From the human T2T-CHM13v2.0 reference genome, Homo sapiens: a stretch of DNA of 64,000 bases. Below are positions 29,114 to 42,997 of this stretch, in pieces; positions within the stretch are counted from its first letter, which is position 1, and every line of letters starts with the position of its first letter. The position numbers and the translations under genes were made by a program. The stretch is from NCBI RefSeq assembly GCF_009914755.1, contig NC_060935.1, one strand, 5' to 3'. Under the pieces are notes generated by a model. That model was not told where the DNA came from and ran no database searches. It saw only the letters and a program-made list of their open reading frames with translations.

Positions 29114-31585
29114 GAATAATGATTACCACATAATCCTTAGGTTTTGCTGCTTCTACTGATTACTCTTTGTGGGTAGCAAGCTCCCAAAAGACCAGCTTAG
29201 CTACTGAGGAAACTCCTTGTCCTCCGGCCCAGTGGAATTTGATGGGAAAAGAGAAGGAAAGCAAGATGGACAAAAAGTGTCCCCCCCAGGGCTCTGCCTT
29301 CACGCTAAGGAGCAGTGGTAAGTTGGCTGAAGCTCTTCTGAAATTCCTTAAATGTCCTTGAGTCCCTCAGCTGGCCAGAGATACACTGGTGTCCTCTCTG
29401 GCATGCTTCTTCTTGTCTCCATCCCTCCTCAGCTGGACTGAAGATTTCTGTGGGTACTGCTCTGCTGCCGCCTCTGCTGAAATCTCTCTCCCAGCAGGAG
29501 AAAGGCCAGCCATGGGATGTACTGTGGAGCCTGGGAAGATGAAACTGCGGCATAGAAGTGCTGGTCTCAGTGTTCAGGGGAGACTGGGTGACATGGCCTG
29601 GGGACTTTACGGCCTGACCTCCACCCACCATGGCCTAGACTCCCACAGAGACCATGATTCTGTAGTCCCAGGCTCCAATCTCTAATTGCCTCACTGCCTT
29701 CTGTCAGGCCCTCACCATCCCCAGTCTGGACTTACACAACTTGGTACTTCCTGTATTTGTGTACAGACTCCATCTCTCCCTTATGGACATTCCCATTTGA
29801 TCTAAGATGCAACCCCTGCTTAAAACTTTTCCTTGGCTTTCGATATAATCCACACACCTAAACTTGACTTCAAGGTCCTTCACAAGCTGGCCCCACCTAC
29901 CTTCCTGGCCTCATTGGCTGCTCTTTGACTCCCTCGAGTTGGAGACCAACAGCTTCACCAGGACTGTTCATTGTCCCAGGAAGCTGCCTTTCATCTCCAC
30001 ATCCCCTGCCATGCTCCCACTGTTCCCTCTCCCTGGGGGCCCTCCTCACTTCTCCAGATAGAAGCAGCCACTTCAACCTCTATACATTCTCAGGGGCTTA
30101 ATCCAGGAAGTCAAGAATGGGTAGGATTTATATGTGCAGGCTTAGGGCCTCACAATAGAGAAGTTTCTAAGTCCTGTGCATTGAATAAATGAATGGGATG
30201 GTGTAATTCTGATCCCCACCCCGCCCCTCCCAGGTATGTGCAGAAAGGACACCGCCTCTCTCCTTTTTCTCCAGGTAGGGATCTTCCCCATGCAGCTCTC
30301 TCCAAGCATGTTCCAACTGAGGCTGTGTGGCCAGGTGACCCAGTGAACACAGGTGGGAGTCTGAGCCCTTCTTCCAACTCCTTGCCTTTGCTCCAGCCAA
30401 TGTCTGCCACTTCCCTGCAGAGAGTTAACCCTGTTCCTGGGGATGTTTTGCTCCAGAGCCAGCTCATTTTCTTGGCCTGCCCTCTTTCTGTCTGTGGTAA
30501 GAGATTGCTTTGGGATCTGACAGTCCTGAGGACAGTGAGAGCACCTGTTGTTTGCTCTTTGAAGCAATCAAAGAGCCATCTCTTTGAAGAAGCTCTCCTG
30601 CCAGGAAGAGGGAGTGTCCCAGGCCAGTGAACTCAGGCAAGAGCCTCCTTGTCCTAACCCTCTCTGCATTCAGGAATCTAGCATGAGGGCCGAGTACTAG
30701 GCTGTTCCTCACAACAACCTTGCAAGGCAGGTGTCACCCTCATTTTGCAGATGAGCAAACTGAGCCTTGGGTCTTTTAAGCAATGGAGCTTGGACTTGAC
30801 CCCAGGTTCACCACAAGTCCAGTGGTCATCCCTTTCTATTCTAGGAGGTACCCTAGCCTGATAGAAAATGAAGAATAGCTAAGCCAGGGGCAGAATCTGC
30901 TCAGCTTGCTACAAGGTAAGAGATGTTCCAGCGTTTCTAGAAAAGCTGAGGAACAAAGCTGCATCTCTTGCTTTTCTGCAGTCATTTCTAGAAAACCTCA
31001 TGGCGTAGGGACTCTGGTATCCTGGACAGTAAATTTCTTATGTAGAAAAGATTTCGGGGCTTTTAAAAAAAAACTTATGTTAAAATTTGTCTTTAAAGTA
31101 ATAATTTAATAAGTTTATATTTAATTTAATAAACATAATTTTGTCTTTAGAATCAATATTCCATTTCAGATGCAAAGCTTAAACTTTTTTATGCTTTTAA
31201 ATTCAGCTTACAAATATTATTCTATTTTATAAGTCTAGCAGATCTTGGCAATAATTTTGGAGGAGTGTTTCAATAATGCTTGCTCTTATTTACAAGCATA
31301 GCTTAGCACTTCAAACATTTTAAAACAGATTTAGAAATTTAATGTATTTATTTTTTAAGTACTTTGGTTTTTCTGACCACAAGCAAAATCATCCCAAATT
31401 TTAAACTCTTATAGAAGTGAATAAATTTAACTTAAAAGATAAATCTAGGTGCTCTTAAATGTTTTTATACTCTACTTAAACTTAGATGTCACCATTAAAA
31501 AAATCACAAGTCTAAATTAATTCTCAATTATACATTTTAAAGTGGAGTTGTAATATTTCTACCCTTAAATCTAAACCTTCCTGAA

Positions 31586-32155
31586 GTGTTGGTGAGATAT
31601 TGTCTCTCAGTTTCGAGCCTTTTCCTTTTTTTGTGATGCTGTGGCTGGGATTCTGCAAACCACATTGCTGCTTTGTCAGCTGGGTCCCTGGTAGGTTCTG
31701 CCAATGGAGGGCGCTAGAGGGAGCCTGGGGGACTGGTGGAGGGAGAGGAGTTGGGCTCATCCTGTCTTTGTCCACATCACCTAGCATAGACAGCTGGGTC
31801 CAGCAGCAGTGTTGAGTTACTGTTTGCAGTTTATCCACATTCCCAGAACCAGCCTCAACATCTCCCCTTAGAGATACAAGCACTGTCCAGCCTGGGACCC
31901 CTCCTCAGAATTCTGAAGCCCTCTGGGGCCCCTCCTCTAACTTTTTAAATTTCAATAACCCCTAACATTGCTTTTTGTTTCCCCAGTTCTAAGGGTGGTA
32001 GTTGCTTCCTGTAGTTACCACCTCTGTGATTCCTCTGGGTCCCCTCTTTGCCATTTTATTTGTCCAATTTTTGATTAATAATTCTTTATATTAAATTCTG
32101 TCTGTTAAAATACTTGATGTGGCCTTTGTCCTCTGACTAGCCCCTGACTGATGAA
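31586..32155 (+). mobile_element. Ancient ERVL-type LTR (LTR41/LTR33-like)
   Basis: gatgctgtggctgggattctgcaaaccacatt...aggttctgccaatggagggcgctagagg; 3' end attaaattc...ccctgactgat. Confidence 0.6.
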
Positions 32156-32859
32156 CCAGGGTTGAAAAAATATCCACTAAAGAAGATAATAACCATTCCA
32201 GGTAACCAAGGCAAATCACTACCAGAAATTTCCTTTGGGTGTGAGACCCAGAGCTGCAGACATTGAGTGGCTTCTTTTCCCCCCACCTAAGAAAACTATA
32301 TCCCTTCCAGTAATTTTGGTGGTTGCTTCTCAGCATTCTTGAGTTTATAGGTGGAGCATACTTGATCCTTGTGTGAGTCCCCAAGAGACACTGGGTCCTA
32401 TTTGTGGTTGCTTAGTCAATGACTTCATAGCTTAAAAGAAGTGACCTCGGAGCCCTTGTTCCTGTATCGTACAATTGCCTAGTTCTTCAGTTACCTTCAG
32501 CAGTATGCATTTCTCACTAAGTCACTCATTAGATTGGCTTTTCATTTCCTTGGTGATTCTAGCCTAGGTCTAATGACTTTTGAGAGAAATCCTAAGCCAT
32601 GTAAATACCTTGAACCAAATAGACTTCTGAATTCTTTTATATTCTCAGGACTGCATAACTCCTAACTCTTAACAAGTGCTTAAATTTCAGTCTGATATCA
32701 GTCAAATATCTCAGATAGCTTTGTTTGTGGTCCAACTTATGAGGTCATTTCATTCTCTGTAGGCTGAAGTAAGGATTAAGTCATTTGCCTGCCAACAGAA
32801 ACTTTTGCTGCCTAGTCTAGAGCCGTTTTGAGAAGGGTTCAATAAGTGGAAATCGCATT

Positions 32860-33727
32860 AGGCTTCTGGTTCTGGCCATATGGGAATGGCTTGTATCAGA
32901 TTAATTGTCCTTATAAAATAATTAGGAAAGCAGGGCAAAATATATAAAGGAACTGTTCAAAGGAACTGGAGAACATCCAGTGCAGGCAGGACCTGAGAGA
33001 CTGTGATCCCCAAGAGAAAGGAAACATGAGGAAAGCTCCACATTCTTCCTGGCTTTTCCCCTGAGAGGATTTCCCCGAGTCCCTGGAGCGGGTGAGGGTA
33101 CAAGGGAGTAAACAGCAGAAAGCAGCAGTCTAACTAGGCTAAGAGGAGAGTTTAAAGCTTGCAGAGCTGCTGGAGTTTGAAGGTAAAATGATAGGAAGGG
33201 CTGAATGAGAAGTATGCACACAAGTTCCCCTCAAGTTGTTGGCTGACTCCTAAGATGTGCAGGTACAGTGAGAACTAGAGGAAATCAGCAGAAAGGAAAA
33301 CAACTGGGATGCTAAATATGTGAACCAAGTTCAGCTGCCACATGATGCTGAGGAGCTAGAGGTTCAAGTCCCACTGAGGTGGAAGGGCTTTGGCAAACAT
33401 CCTGGGCTTTGGTTGAGACCCCCAAAGGGCCACAGTCTAGGAGTAAGGGTCATGCCCCAAAGCAAGCTAGCAGACTTAAACACAACTATATCAGTAATTA
33501 TGTATGGAGTAAACACTCTGATGAAAAGACAAAGTTAGTAAAACAAGATAAAAAATAATATGTTGTTTATAAGAAACACACGTTGAATATAAGGACACAG
33601 ATTGAAAATAAAAGAATGGAAAATGATATACCATGTAAACACTAGCAAAAGAAACTGTTACCAATTTAGAATCATGGAAATTTCATAATGATAAAAGGTC
33701 AATTCAAAGAGAAGATATGAATTGCAA
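32860..33727 (+). mobile_element. Degraded L1M fragments (5' region and endonuclease-like region)
   Basis: taagaaacacac...aaaataaaagaatggaaaatgatataccatg resembles the start of ORF2. Confidence 0.55.
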
Positions 33728-33729
33728 TA

Positions 33730-33970
33730 CAGGTTGAGTATCCCTTACCCAAAATGCTTGGAACCAGAAGTGCTTCAGATTTCAGGGTTTTTTCAGATTT
33801 TAGAATGTTTGCATTATACCTACCTACCAATTGAGCATCGCAAATCAGAAAATCCAAAATCCAAAATGCTTCAGTGAGAACTTCCTTTGAGCATTATGTT
33901 GATGCTCAAAAAGTTTTGGATTTGGGGGCATTTCAGATTTTCAATTTTTGGATTTGGGATGCTTAACCTG
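33730..33970. mobile_element. Tigger4a/MER46-like DNA transposon
   Basis: Terminal inverted repeats caggttgagtatccc / gggatgcttaacctg with TA duplications at 33728-33729 and 33971-33972. Confidence 0.85.
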
Positions 33971-34391
33971 TACATAAATTATCATTTACTGGTCATCGAC
34001 TATATGCCAAGCACCATCCTAAGTATTTCATATTCTTTTGTTTTGTGTAGTCCTCTGAGCAATTTTATGAAGTAAATATTATCATCCCCATTTTACTAGA
34101 TGAGGAAATTAAAGCTCAGAGAGGTTGAGCAACTTGAACAACTTGCCTAAGGTCACACAACCAGAGAATGGTAGAGAGAGCATTCAAACCTAGTTTTGTC
34201 TGATCTCTTGCCAGAGAGCTTTTAATCGCTGCTCTGCTCTAAGCACCATACTGCCTGTGGTATGCTTGCCTGAACTAGTTGGAGAGGTCCTGTGCACACA
34301 GGAGTATTATTTAACCCAAGGGCAGGACATTCTGCAGGGACTCTTGGAACTCTGGACTGAAAAAGATACTCTGAAAAAGGTAGTCTGCCTG

Positions 34392-34470
<79 letters not shown>
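34392..34470. repeat. Compound microsatellite (TC)13(CA)27
   Basis: Read directly; uninterrupted. Confidence 0.97.
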
Positions 34471-34473
<3 letters not shown>

Positions 34474-36139
34474 CTTTGTAAATACTCTGCCCTTGGGTAC
34501 ACATGATCCCCAAAAGGCTATCCCAATCTGAGTCTAAGGAACCTTCCAATTCATGGATCACAGCCTAACTTCTTTGAATTTCTTGTGCCAAATTCTCAAG
34601 AATCTGATTGGTCTGATTCAAGAATCATGAATCCATCCCTGATCCAATCAGCTGCTTCTAAGGAGCACCATCTCACATGGTTTTAGACTTCACCTCTGTT
34701 AAGTCTTTCCTTTGGAGTTGAAGGGGAAGGGTTCAGCAGTACTTGGGGATAAAGAGAGACTTGTCTGACCCGGGCTGAATCCATGCATGCATATGTGGGT
34801 GGCCAGAGCAGAAAAATTCAGATAATCTTTCCCAAGCAACCTCTAACCATGGTCTTTCCCCCAAATGTAAATATGGCTGAAAGAGGGGACAGGCAGCAGG
34901 CTTATGTAGAAGGGGCTTGGGAGCCCTGAGAGTGAGAAACAAATGGGCCCATCTTCAGGGTGGGAGGCGGAACATGGAGGAAACCATGAAATAAAGCACT
35001 TCCTAAAGTGGGTAGTCTGGGGATGGAGCCTTATATCTACCCTTGAGCTACCAGAGGGGCACTTTCTCTCAGAATATTGCCATCAACTGCCGCTCCTCTT
35101 ACTATCTGGGCAGGTGCAACTGGAAAAGCCTCCAGAGAAAATGGGCTAAGGTTGTGGCATCTGCTGTGGTGATGGACAACTAGAATTATGTAGGGGGAGT
35201 CCAAAAAACCTATGTGTTTTCCAAGCTTCTGAGATCTCCAAGGATATTTCTGTGGCAAATAATTGTAATAATAACATTTAATACTTATTTAGGGTTTACT
35301 GTAGCCAGTTGCTAGCATAATCCTTGCTTTCTCTATATTATCTCCTTTAACCCTCGTATCAACCCAGTGAGGTAGATGCTATTATTATTAATATTTTACA
35401 CATGAAGAAACTGAGGCACAGAGATGGTAAGTTAACTTGTCCAAGGCCATGGAGTAATTAATAAGTGGCAGCCCCAGAATGTGGACCAAGACATAGTTCA
35501 GCTCCAGAGACTTTGCTTTTAACTCCAATGTAAACTCCTCCACTCTTTGGAAAATGTAGTTATCCACTGCCAAGCAGAATTACAGTCACTGAGAAAGGCA
35601 AGAGCTTGCTGGGCAGCCCCTCAGAGCCCCTAGTTTCCCACAGGGAAGTTGCTCCACTCAAGAGAAATCCCTTCTGTGGGTTCCCCCAACACAATGTGTG
35701 AGAGCCATGAGGCTCAGCCCCGAAACCTGCCACCAGAAAGCCAGTGGGCACAAGGTAGGGAACCAACTCACAGAGAAATCAGGGGTCACTATTTAGGGTT
35801 TAAACCCCACCTTCTTTTTTCTCTGTTGCTCTGCTGCCACTGCCATCAGTCAGATCCTTTCTCATGCCCAGCTAAACCAGCTGTGTGGCCTTTGGCAAAT
35901 CTTTTTCTCTTCTGCAAGCTATAGTTAATCATGTCTGCCTACCTTGCAGGATTAGAAGGTATATACACACACACACGTATTCATACACATATACATACAC
36001 ATGGCAGAGAAAAGGTTTAGGCTGTCTCTGAGTAGGTAAGATCATGAGTGTTGAGTGTTATATTGCTCTTTTTAGTTGTCTATATGTTCCTAATTTCTGT
36101 AATTGGCATGTGATGTCTTTACTATGAATAGAGTTAAAA

Positions 36140-39100
36140 AACAAACTTCAAAATTCCAACACAATTCATGATAAAAAACAAAACAATTTAACAAACTTGG
36201 AATAGAGGGAATTTCCTCAACCTGATGAAGGACATCTGCAAAAACCTACAGCAAACATCATATGTGATGGTGAGGGACTGAATGCTTTCTCCCAAAGATG
36301 AGGAGCAAGGAAACGATGCCTGTTTTTGCCTCTTCCATTCAACATAGTCCTGCAGATTTTAGCCAGGGCAGTCAGGCAAAAAGGAAAAACAAAGGCATCT
36401 AGTTTGAAAAGGAAAAAGCAAAGCTGTCTTTATTTCAGATGACATGATCCTTTATGTGGAAAATCTTGAGGCATACACACACCTACAAGCCCCTCTTAGA
36501 AGGAAAAGACAACTATAATAAAACAAGGTCAAAGGATATAAGATTGATGTATTTCTATATGTGAACAATAAATAGTCCAAAAATGAAATTAAGAATAACC
36601 TTCCACTTACAATAGCATCAAAAGGAATAAAATATTCCAGAATAAATTCGATGAAAGAAGTGTAAATCTTTGTTGAGGGAAATTAAGGAAGATGTAAATA
36701 GTGGGAGAGACATTTCATGTTCATGAATTGGAAGACTCAGTGTTGCAAAGATGGCAATTGTACCCAAGCTGATCTACAAATTCAATGCAATTCTGATCAC
36801 AATTTCAGCAGGCTTTTTGGGTAGAAATTGAGAAGCAGATCCTAAAATTTAGGTTGAAATACAAAATATTTACAATAGCTAAAACAATTTTGAAAGGGAA
36901 GAGCAAACTTGGTGGACTTTCACTTCTAAATTTCAAAACTTATTATAGCTACAGTAATAAAGACAAAATGCTACTACCACAAAGATAGACAGATCAATGG
37001 AACAGAACTGAGAGCCCAGAAATAAATCCTTACATTTATAGTCAATTTTTTTTTTTTACAAAGATGCAAGGCAATTGATTGGAGAACTGTTCTATGTTGT
37101 TCAACAACTAGTGGTGGGACAATTAGATACTCACCTCAAGCCATACAGAAAAATCAATAATAGATTGCAGGCTTAATGTAAGAGCTAAAACAATAAAAAT
37201 TTTAGAAGAAAACAGAGAAGACAACTGTTGAGATACTGAGTTAGTCAAATATTTCTTAGATATGCTATCAAAAGCATGGTCCATAAAAGAAAACCATTAA
37301 TTAGACTTCATCAAAATTCAGCTTTTGCAGTTTTAAAAACACCACTGAAAACCGGAAAAGATAAGCAACAGGTTGGGAGAAAGTATTTGTAAAACACGTA
37401 TCTGTTCAAGGATTGCACTCAGAATTAACAAAGATCTCTTAGAAATCATTAAAAAGATGACAAACATCCCAATCAAAAACAGGCAAAAGAACCGAACATT
37501 TTATCAAATAAAATATACAAATGGCTAAAAAGCACATGAAATGATGCTCAACATCATTAGTCATCAGCAAAATGCAAATCCAAGTGTGAGATACCATTTC
37601 ACATTTACTAGAATGGACATGATAGGACAGACAATAACAAATGTTGGCAAGGATATGGAGAAATGAGAACCCTTGTATATTGTTGGTTGGAATGTAAAAT
37701 AGTGGAGCCACTTGGAAAAACAGTTTGGCAGTTTCTCAAAACCTAAACCTAAAACTGCCATGAGTTGGCAATTCCATTCCTAGGTATCTATCTAAGAGAA
37801 ACAAAAACATGTCTACACAAAAACTTGCATGACAGTATTCATAGTAGCATTATGTATGATAGCCAAAACTGTAAACAATCTAAATGCCCATCAGTTGAGA
37901 CATGCATGGATAGACAAAACAAAGCATATCTATACAGTGGAATTCTAATCAGCAATCAAAAGGAAACAAACTGCTGACACATGCTACATCATGAACAGAC
38001 CTCAAAAACGTGCTAAATGAAAGAAGTGATACACAAGAGACCACCTATTCCATGATTCCATTTATATGAAATGCCCAGGGGAGCTGAATAGAATTTATAG
38101 AGACAGAAGTAGATTACTAATTGTTTGGGGCTGTGGATGGCAATGGGGATTAAATGTAAATGGGCATGAGGGATCTTACTGCAGGGATGAAAATGTTCTA
38201 AAACTAATTGATGTTGATGGTTGCACCATTTGGTAAAGTTACTAAAAATTATTGTACACCTGATATTGCTTATTTTTTAAATTGCAGTAGAATATGCATA
38301 GCATAACTTTGCCATTTTAACAGTTTTGGGTGTACAGTTCAGTAGCATGAAGTACATTTACATTACTACATGATCCACCTCCAGAACTTTCTCCATCTTT
38401 CCAAACAGAATCTCTACCCATTACACAGTAACTCTACATCCCCTCCTTCCCCCAGCTCCTGCCAACCACTATTCTGCTTTCTCTGAATGACTGCCCTAGG
38501 TACTTCATTTAAGTGAAATCACGCACTATATGTTCTTTTGTGCCTGGCTTATTTCACTTAGCGTAATGTCTTCAAGATTCATCCAAGTTGTAGCATGTAT
38601 CAGAATTTCATTCTGTATGTGTGTTTTATTGTGGTAAAATATTCACATAAGCTAAAATTTAACATTTTAACCGTATTTTAGTGTAGTTTTGTGGCATTAA
38701 GTACATTCATGTTGTTGTACAACCATCACCACCACCCATCTCCATAATGTTTTCATCTTCCCCAACAGAAATTCTGTACCTATTAAACACTAACTCCCTG
38801 ATCCCCTCTTCCCCTAGCCCTTGGCAGCCACCATTCTATTTTCTGTCTCTTATGAATTTTGCTACTCTTAGTGCCTCATATAAATGGAATCATGCAAAAT
38901 ATGTCCTTTCGTATCTGGCTTATTTCACTTGGCTTAATATCTTCAAGGTTCATCCATGTTGTACCATTTGTCAAAATTTCCTTCCTTTTTAAGGCTGAAA
39001 TATTTCATTGCATATATATAACACATTTTGTTTACCCATTCATCCACTGATGGACATTTGAGTTGTTTCCATGTTTTAGCTATTGTGAATAATGCTGCTA

Positions 39101-39180
39101 TGAATATTGGTGTACAAATATCTTGATATTGGTGAATTCTACAATATGTAAAATATACCTCAATATAGTTATTTTAAAAT
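36140..39180 (+). mobile_element. Old L1M (ORF2 3' half and 3' UTR) interrupted near its end by antisense L1 pieces
   Basis: Degenerate ORF2 homology (gatcaatggaacagaactgagagcccagaaataaa; gcaattccattcctaggtatcta). The terminus resumes at about 39124. Confidence 0.85.
38270..39122 (-). mobile_element. Two stacked antisense L1MB-like 3' ends
   Basis: Homologous blocks at about 38272-38612 and 38625-39122 (cattttaac...gtacatt...ctggcttatttcactt). Confidence 0.75.
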
Positions 39181-40579
39181 AAAACATCAATTCTAAAAAA
39201 TTAAATTGCCAATAATAAGTGGTAGATGTTGATATTATCAATAACTTTAAGAATGGTAAATTTGATCAATGAAGTAGGTTTTAAAAAATCAAGTTAATTT
39301 ATTAACTTAAGCTAATTAAATTAAGTTAGCTAAAAAATTAAGTTAGTTTTTGGGTTAAAAAATACAGGAAAGTAAAGAAAAATACAGAGAAGTACAAAGA
39401 AGTAATCCTACTTAGAGATAACCATCAAGATTACTTTACAAAAAATTACTGTATTTTAATTTTACTGGAAATTAGAAGGAATTAAAATGAAATGAAGTTG
39501 GTGAACTTTAGATGTTTATTTACAACAGAGATACTCATTCCTAATCTCTCTCTCTAAAGGCAAAAGAAGTTATGAGAAAACATTGAGGTTGGCTTGGAAC
39601 ACATGGTTTTTCTATTTAGATTCATGTTTCTTGATGGTCACAGTTTAATCCCCCAGGTTGGTAACTGTTTCATAAAAATCAGAGGACATTTCTGATGTTT
39701 AAACAAACACAGCACCCAAATTTTTAGATTAAAAACAAAAGAACAAAGTTCAAAAATTTAGTGAACTTTTAGGAGAAACTTCTAAGAGAAATCATTAGGG
39801 AATGGCTAGCTTATAAACAAAACACTACGAAGAGGACAAATCACTTGTTAAAAAAGGAGGAGGAAATGATTGTAGTTAAGTGTCTAAAATAAATCCAAGA
39901 GGTTATCTATCAACTCTCTGTATTAGTCAGTTTTCTTCTCCCTCTGAATTGGTTCTTGCTTTTGAATATATCTGCTCCAGCCTGAACTGCCTGAATTGTC
40001 TTACCCAGAGTTGTAGAGTCCACCCATTTACGTTCTGCTGTATTCATTCACTGTATAGAAGAGTTATTTAAAACCTGAACGTGTAAGGCAAAAAGTTGAG
40101 TGGCATGCTCTTTCAATGTCACACTGGAGAAGTATTTAACAAGTCCACCCAAGGATCATTTAATTTTCTAGAAGAATGTATCTGTGTTTGACTTTGCTAT
40201 TTAGATACTGTGAAGTTACATGTTAATTGTATTTTCATTTCTGGTAAGAGAGATAACTCCAAAGGTTATGATTTTATTAGCCTGCAGGACATTAACCAGT
40301 TTCATCCGTAACCTAGCAATCTAATTTTAACTTTTTTCATTTTGAAAATATTTTTTCCTGGTGGATTATATAAAGCCCTTTTCCTCGAGTGCTCTTGCAA
40401 GAATCAGCTTTCCCAGCTAATGGCTCCATCATAAGCTAACGAGCTGAATAAAACCTCTGACATGTGTCTATATTTGAATGAGTCATGATTTTAATGTTTT
40501 ATCAATTATACTTTGATATAGCTGATATACCTCAACTCATACTTTCTCCTCCTATCTACTGTGCTTACTCTTTAGGTGC

Positions 40580-40930
40580 AGAAGAGCTACCTGAGAGCCT
40601 GTTTGAATGTAGATTCTTCCCCCTTCCAGCTCCCACCATCAGAGTCTAATTCAGGGAGGTTGACGTAGGCCTTGGTGGTTGCATTTTAATAAGCTCCTCA
40701 GGAGATTCTGAAGCTGACGGTACTCAGACTAGACACCTTGAGAACATCGCCTGGTAAACTAGGTGCTGGTGATGATCTAAGGCCATATGGATTCACACTG
40801 TTCAGAGTAGATGGAGTTAGCTGAAGTTTAACATTGTGAGGCCTGGGATGGGCTGGAATCCAACAATCCATTTTCATAAACTTTAATTTGGATGTGGTAG
40901 GTGATCTCAGGTGTTCATCCACTTATTGGC
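40580..40930. mobile_element. MER5-type hAT fragments
   Basis: gcattttaataagctcctcaggagattctga...cttgagaac. Confidence 0.55.
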
Positions 40931-41354
40931 TGTATCAGAAAGCAGGTGGGGCTGGAAACCACCAGGAATCTGTATAAATAGGTTGAATCACATGACATGG
41001 CTGATATTTGACTTTTTAATTGACCTTAAAAAATATCATTTTCATATGCCTTGACGTAATAACTCCTCAGCTGTTTCTAATTCGAAGCTGATTTGGCGGC
41101 TAACTCATTAATATGACAGTTGGGACAGAAGATTTCCAATATTTGCTGAAAGTGCTTTGTAATTTTCACCAGACTTAGAGCAAAAATTTAATAATCCTCT
41201 TCCTAGAAAAATGCACCAAGTGTAACCTTTTGCATACAATCTCAGGGGGATTTATGGACTCCTTAAAGGTCCAAGGACTCGAGGTTAATCCTATTTTATA
41301 ATTTTTTTTTTGAAGGCTGCATTTCCTGAAAGCTGCATTCTTTAGAAAGACTTT

Positions 41355-41372
41355 TGCTGCCACCTACTGCCA
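41355..41372 (-). promoter_or_regulatory. Candidate CTCF motif (TGGCAGTAGGTGGCAGCA)
   Basis: 13/14 match to CCASYAGRKGGCRS. Confidence 0.5.
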
Positions 41373-42997
41373 CATGGTTCTTGAGCTGGGTTTGCTCTAT
41401 TCTTGCCTTGTCAATGTCCTCCAGTTCGGAGTTTTGTAGGAGCTATAAGCAGCTATCATCTCACATCAACTGACAAGAGAAGTCCAATTCTAGGCTGAAA
41501 TGGGCACCAAAAACCTATTTATTTATAATTCAGACACTGAATTGAATTATTGCAAATGTGGTGAAAAATTTGTGCACACTATGCATTGTCTAGTCTATGC
41601 ACACTCTTCAGCTTATAGCTGATTCTAAGAAGGATTAAAATAAGAGTTGGAATAGAATAACAGGGCTATCTGGTTTTGAGTCTAAAGGAGCTTATTTTAC
41701 AACTCTGTCCTGTACATAACTGATAATAATGCAAAATAATTGTTCTAGAAATGCAAATTATGTCTTATCCAGGAGGTTCTCTTGACTTTCTCCCTGCAGT
41801 GTGGAAGAAGCAAGTTTTGGCTCCATTTGCATATTTATTTCAATATTCCTGGTCCATAAGAGTATCTTTTCTTTGGATTCTCCTTTGGGTCAGTTATAAC
41901 ATGTGCCTTATTTCCTCAGAGGGAAATAAAACTTTCACATGAGCTCATTTGGTATCTGTTTTGAGAGTCATTATACTTTTTTTAAAATTATTCTTTAACA
42001 AGGGCCAAAAATAGGTATCTTTGATTCCCATCTACGAGAGGTCTACCCCTTTCTTGAAAGTGCACATTCTAATTAAGGAGATGTTCAATGTTGAAAGTAA
42101 TTTTTTTGAGATGTCCCAACCCTCTTTTCCCTTTTGCTCTCATTCAAACAGTTAAGACCCTATCTCATTGCCTCAGGGGAGGCAGGGGCAAAACTAACAA
42201 AATACAACGAAGGAGTTTGTAAATCTTTCTGGACTTTGTTTTCCTAAAGCTCAAGTTCTTCCAAGAGTTTAGAGAAGTGGAGTGGGAGAGGACCTGAATA
42301 TTGGGGGAAAAGAGAGGAGATGGGGTTTTCCTTCCAGAAAACGAGATTACCTCAGATTGGGGGAAGGAGGGAGAGGCAGACGCAACAGGACCAGGCCCTG
42401 AGAGGCGAGGCTGCAGGGGCTGGATGGACTGGAGCCCAGACCACATGGAATTAGAGAAAGGCTGCGCTGGGAGGGCCCTGAAAATAGGGTCCTGGGAGGT
42501 CAGGCTGACCCCTGTGGACTAAAGATCCTTGACAGCGTTCGCGTGTGTGTGTGTGAACAAATTTGGCCTCTAACCTTCCGGGCAGTCTTGACTCAAGAGG
42601 CAAGCTGCAGTCTTATAAACTCATTTGTGTCCTGGACTACATTTTAGAAGTGAAAAAAAGGGCAGAAAATACCAGAAAGCATAGAATGTGGTAAATGGAG
42701 GTGTTTCATAAACCTTTTTGTTTCAGCTGAGTCAGTATGCATATTAATTTTCTTTCTATGATCAATCTATATAATTTTACTGTGGGTTCTGAGCCAAAGG
42801 AAAAAAACATTGCAAAAAACTGATGCTAAAGGCATTTTTAAAAGTCAAATTTAACTCTATTAGCCCAGCTGTATTCAGAAGACCTGAGCTTTCCTTTTCT
42901 TCTTTCAAAATGGCTCCAAAGGAATACCACATTAGGGCTGAAATAAATTTTACTTTCAGGTTCCTACCTATTACAAAGGCAATGACTAGCTACTTAA

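Noticed and set aside
34222-34561. CV/HT/ER-repeat ORFs
   Set aside because: Translations of the microsatellite.
36207-36216. Perfect kB site GGGAATTTCC
   Set aside because: Isolated 10-mer inside degenerate L1 ORF2 with no supporting context.
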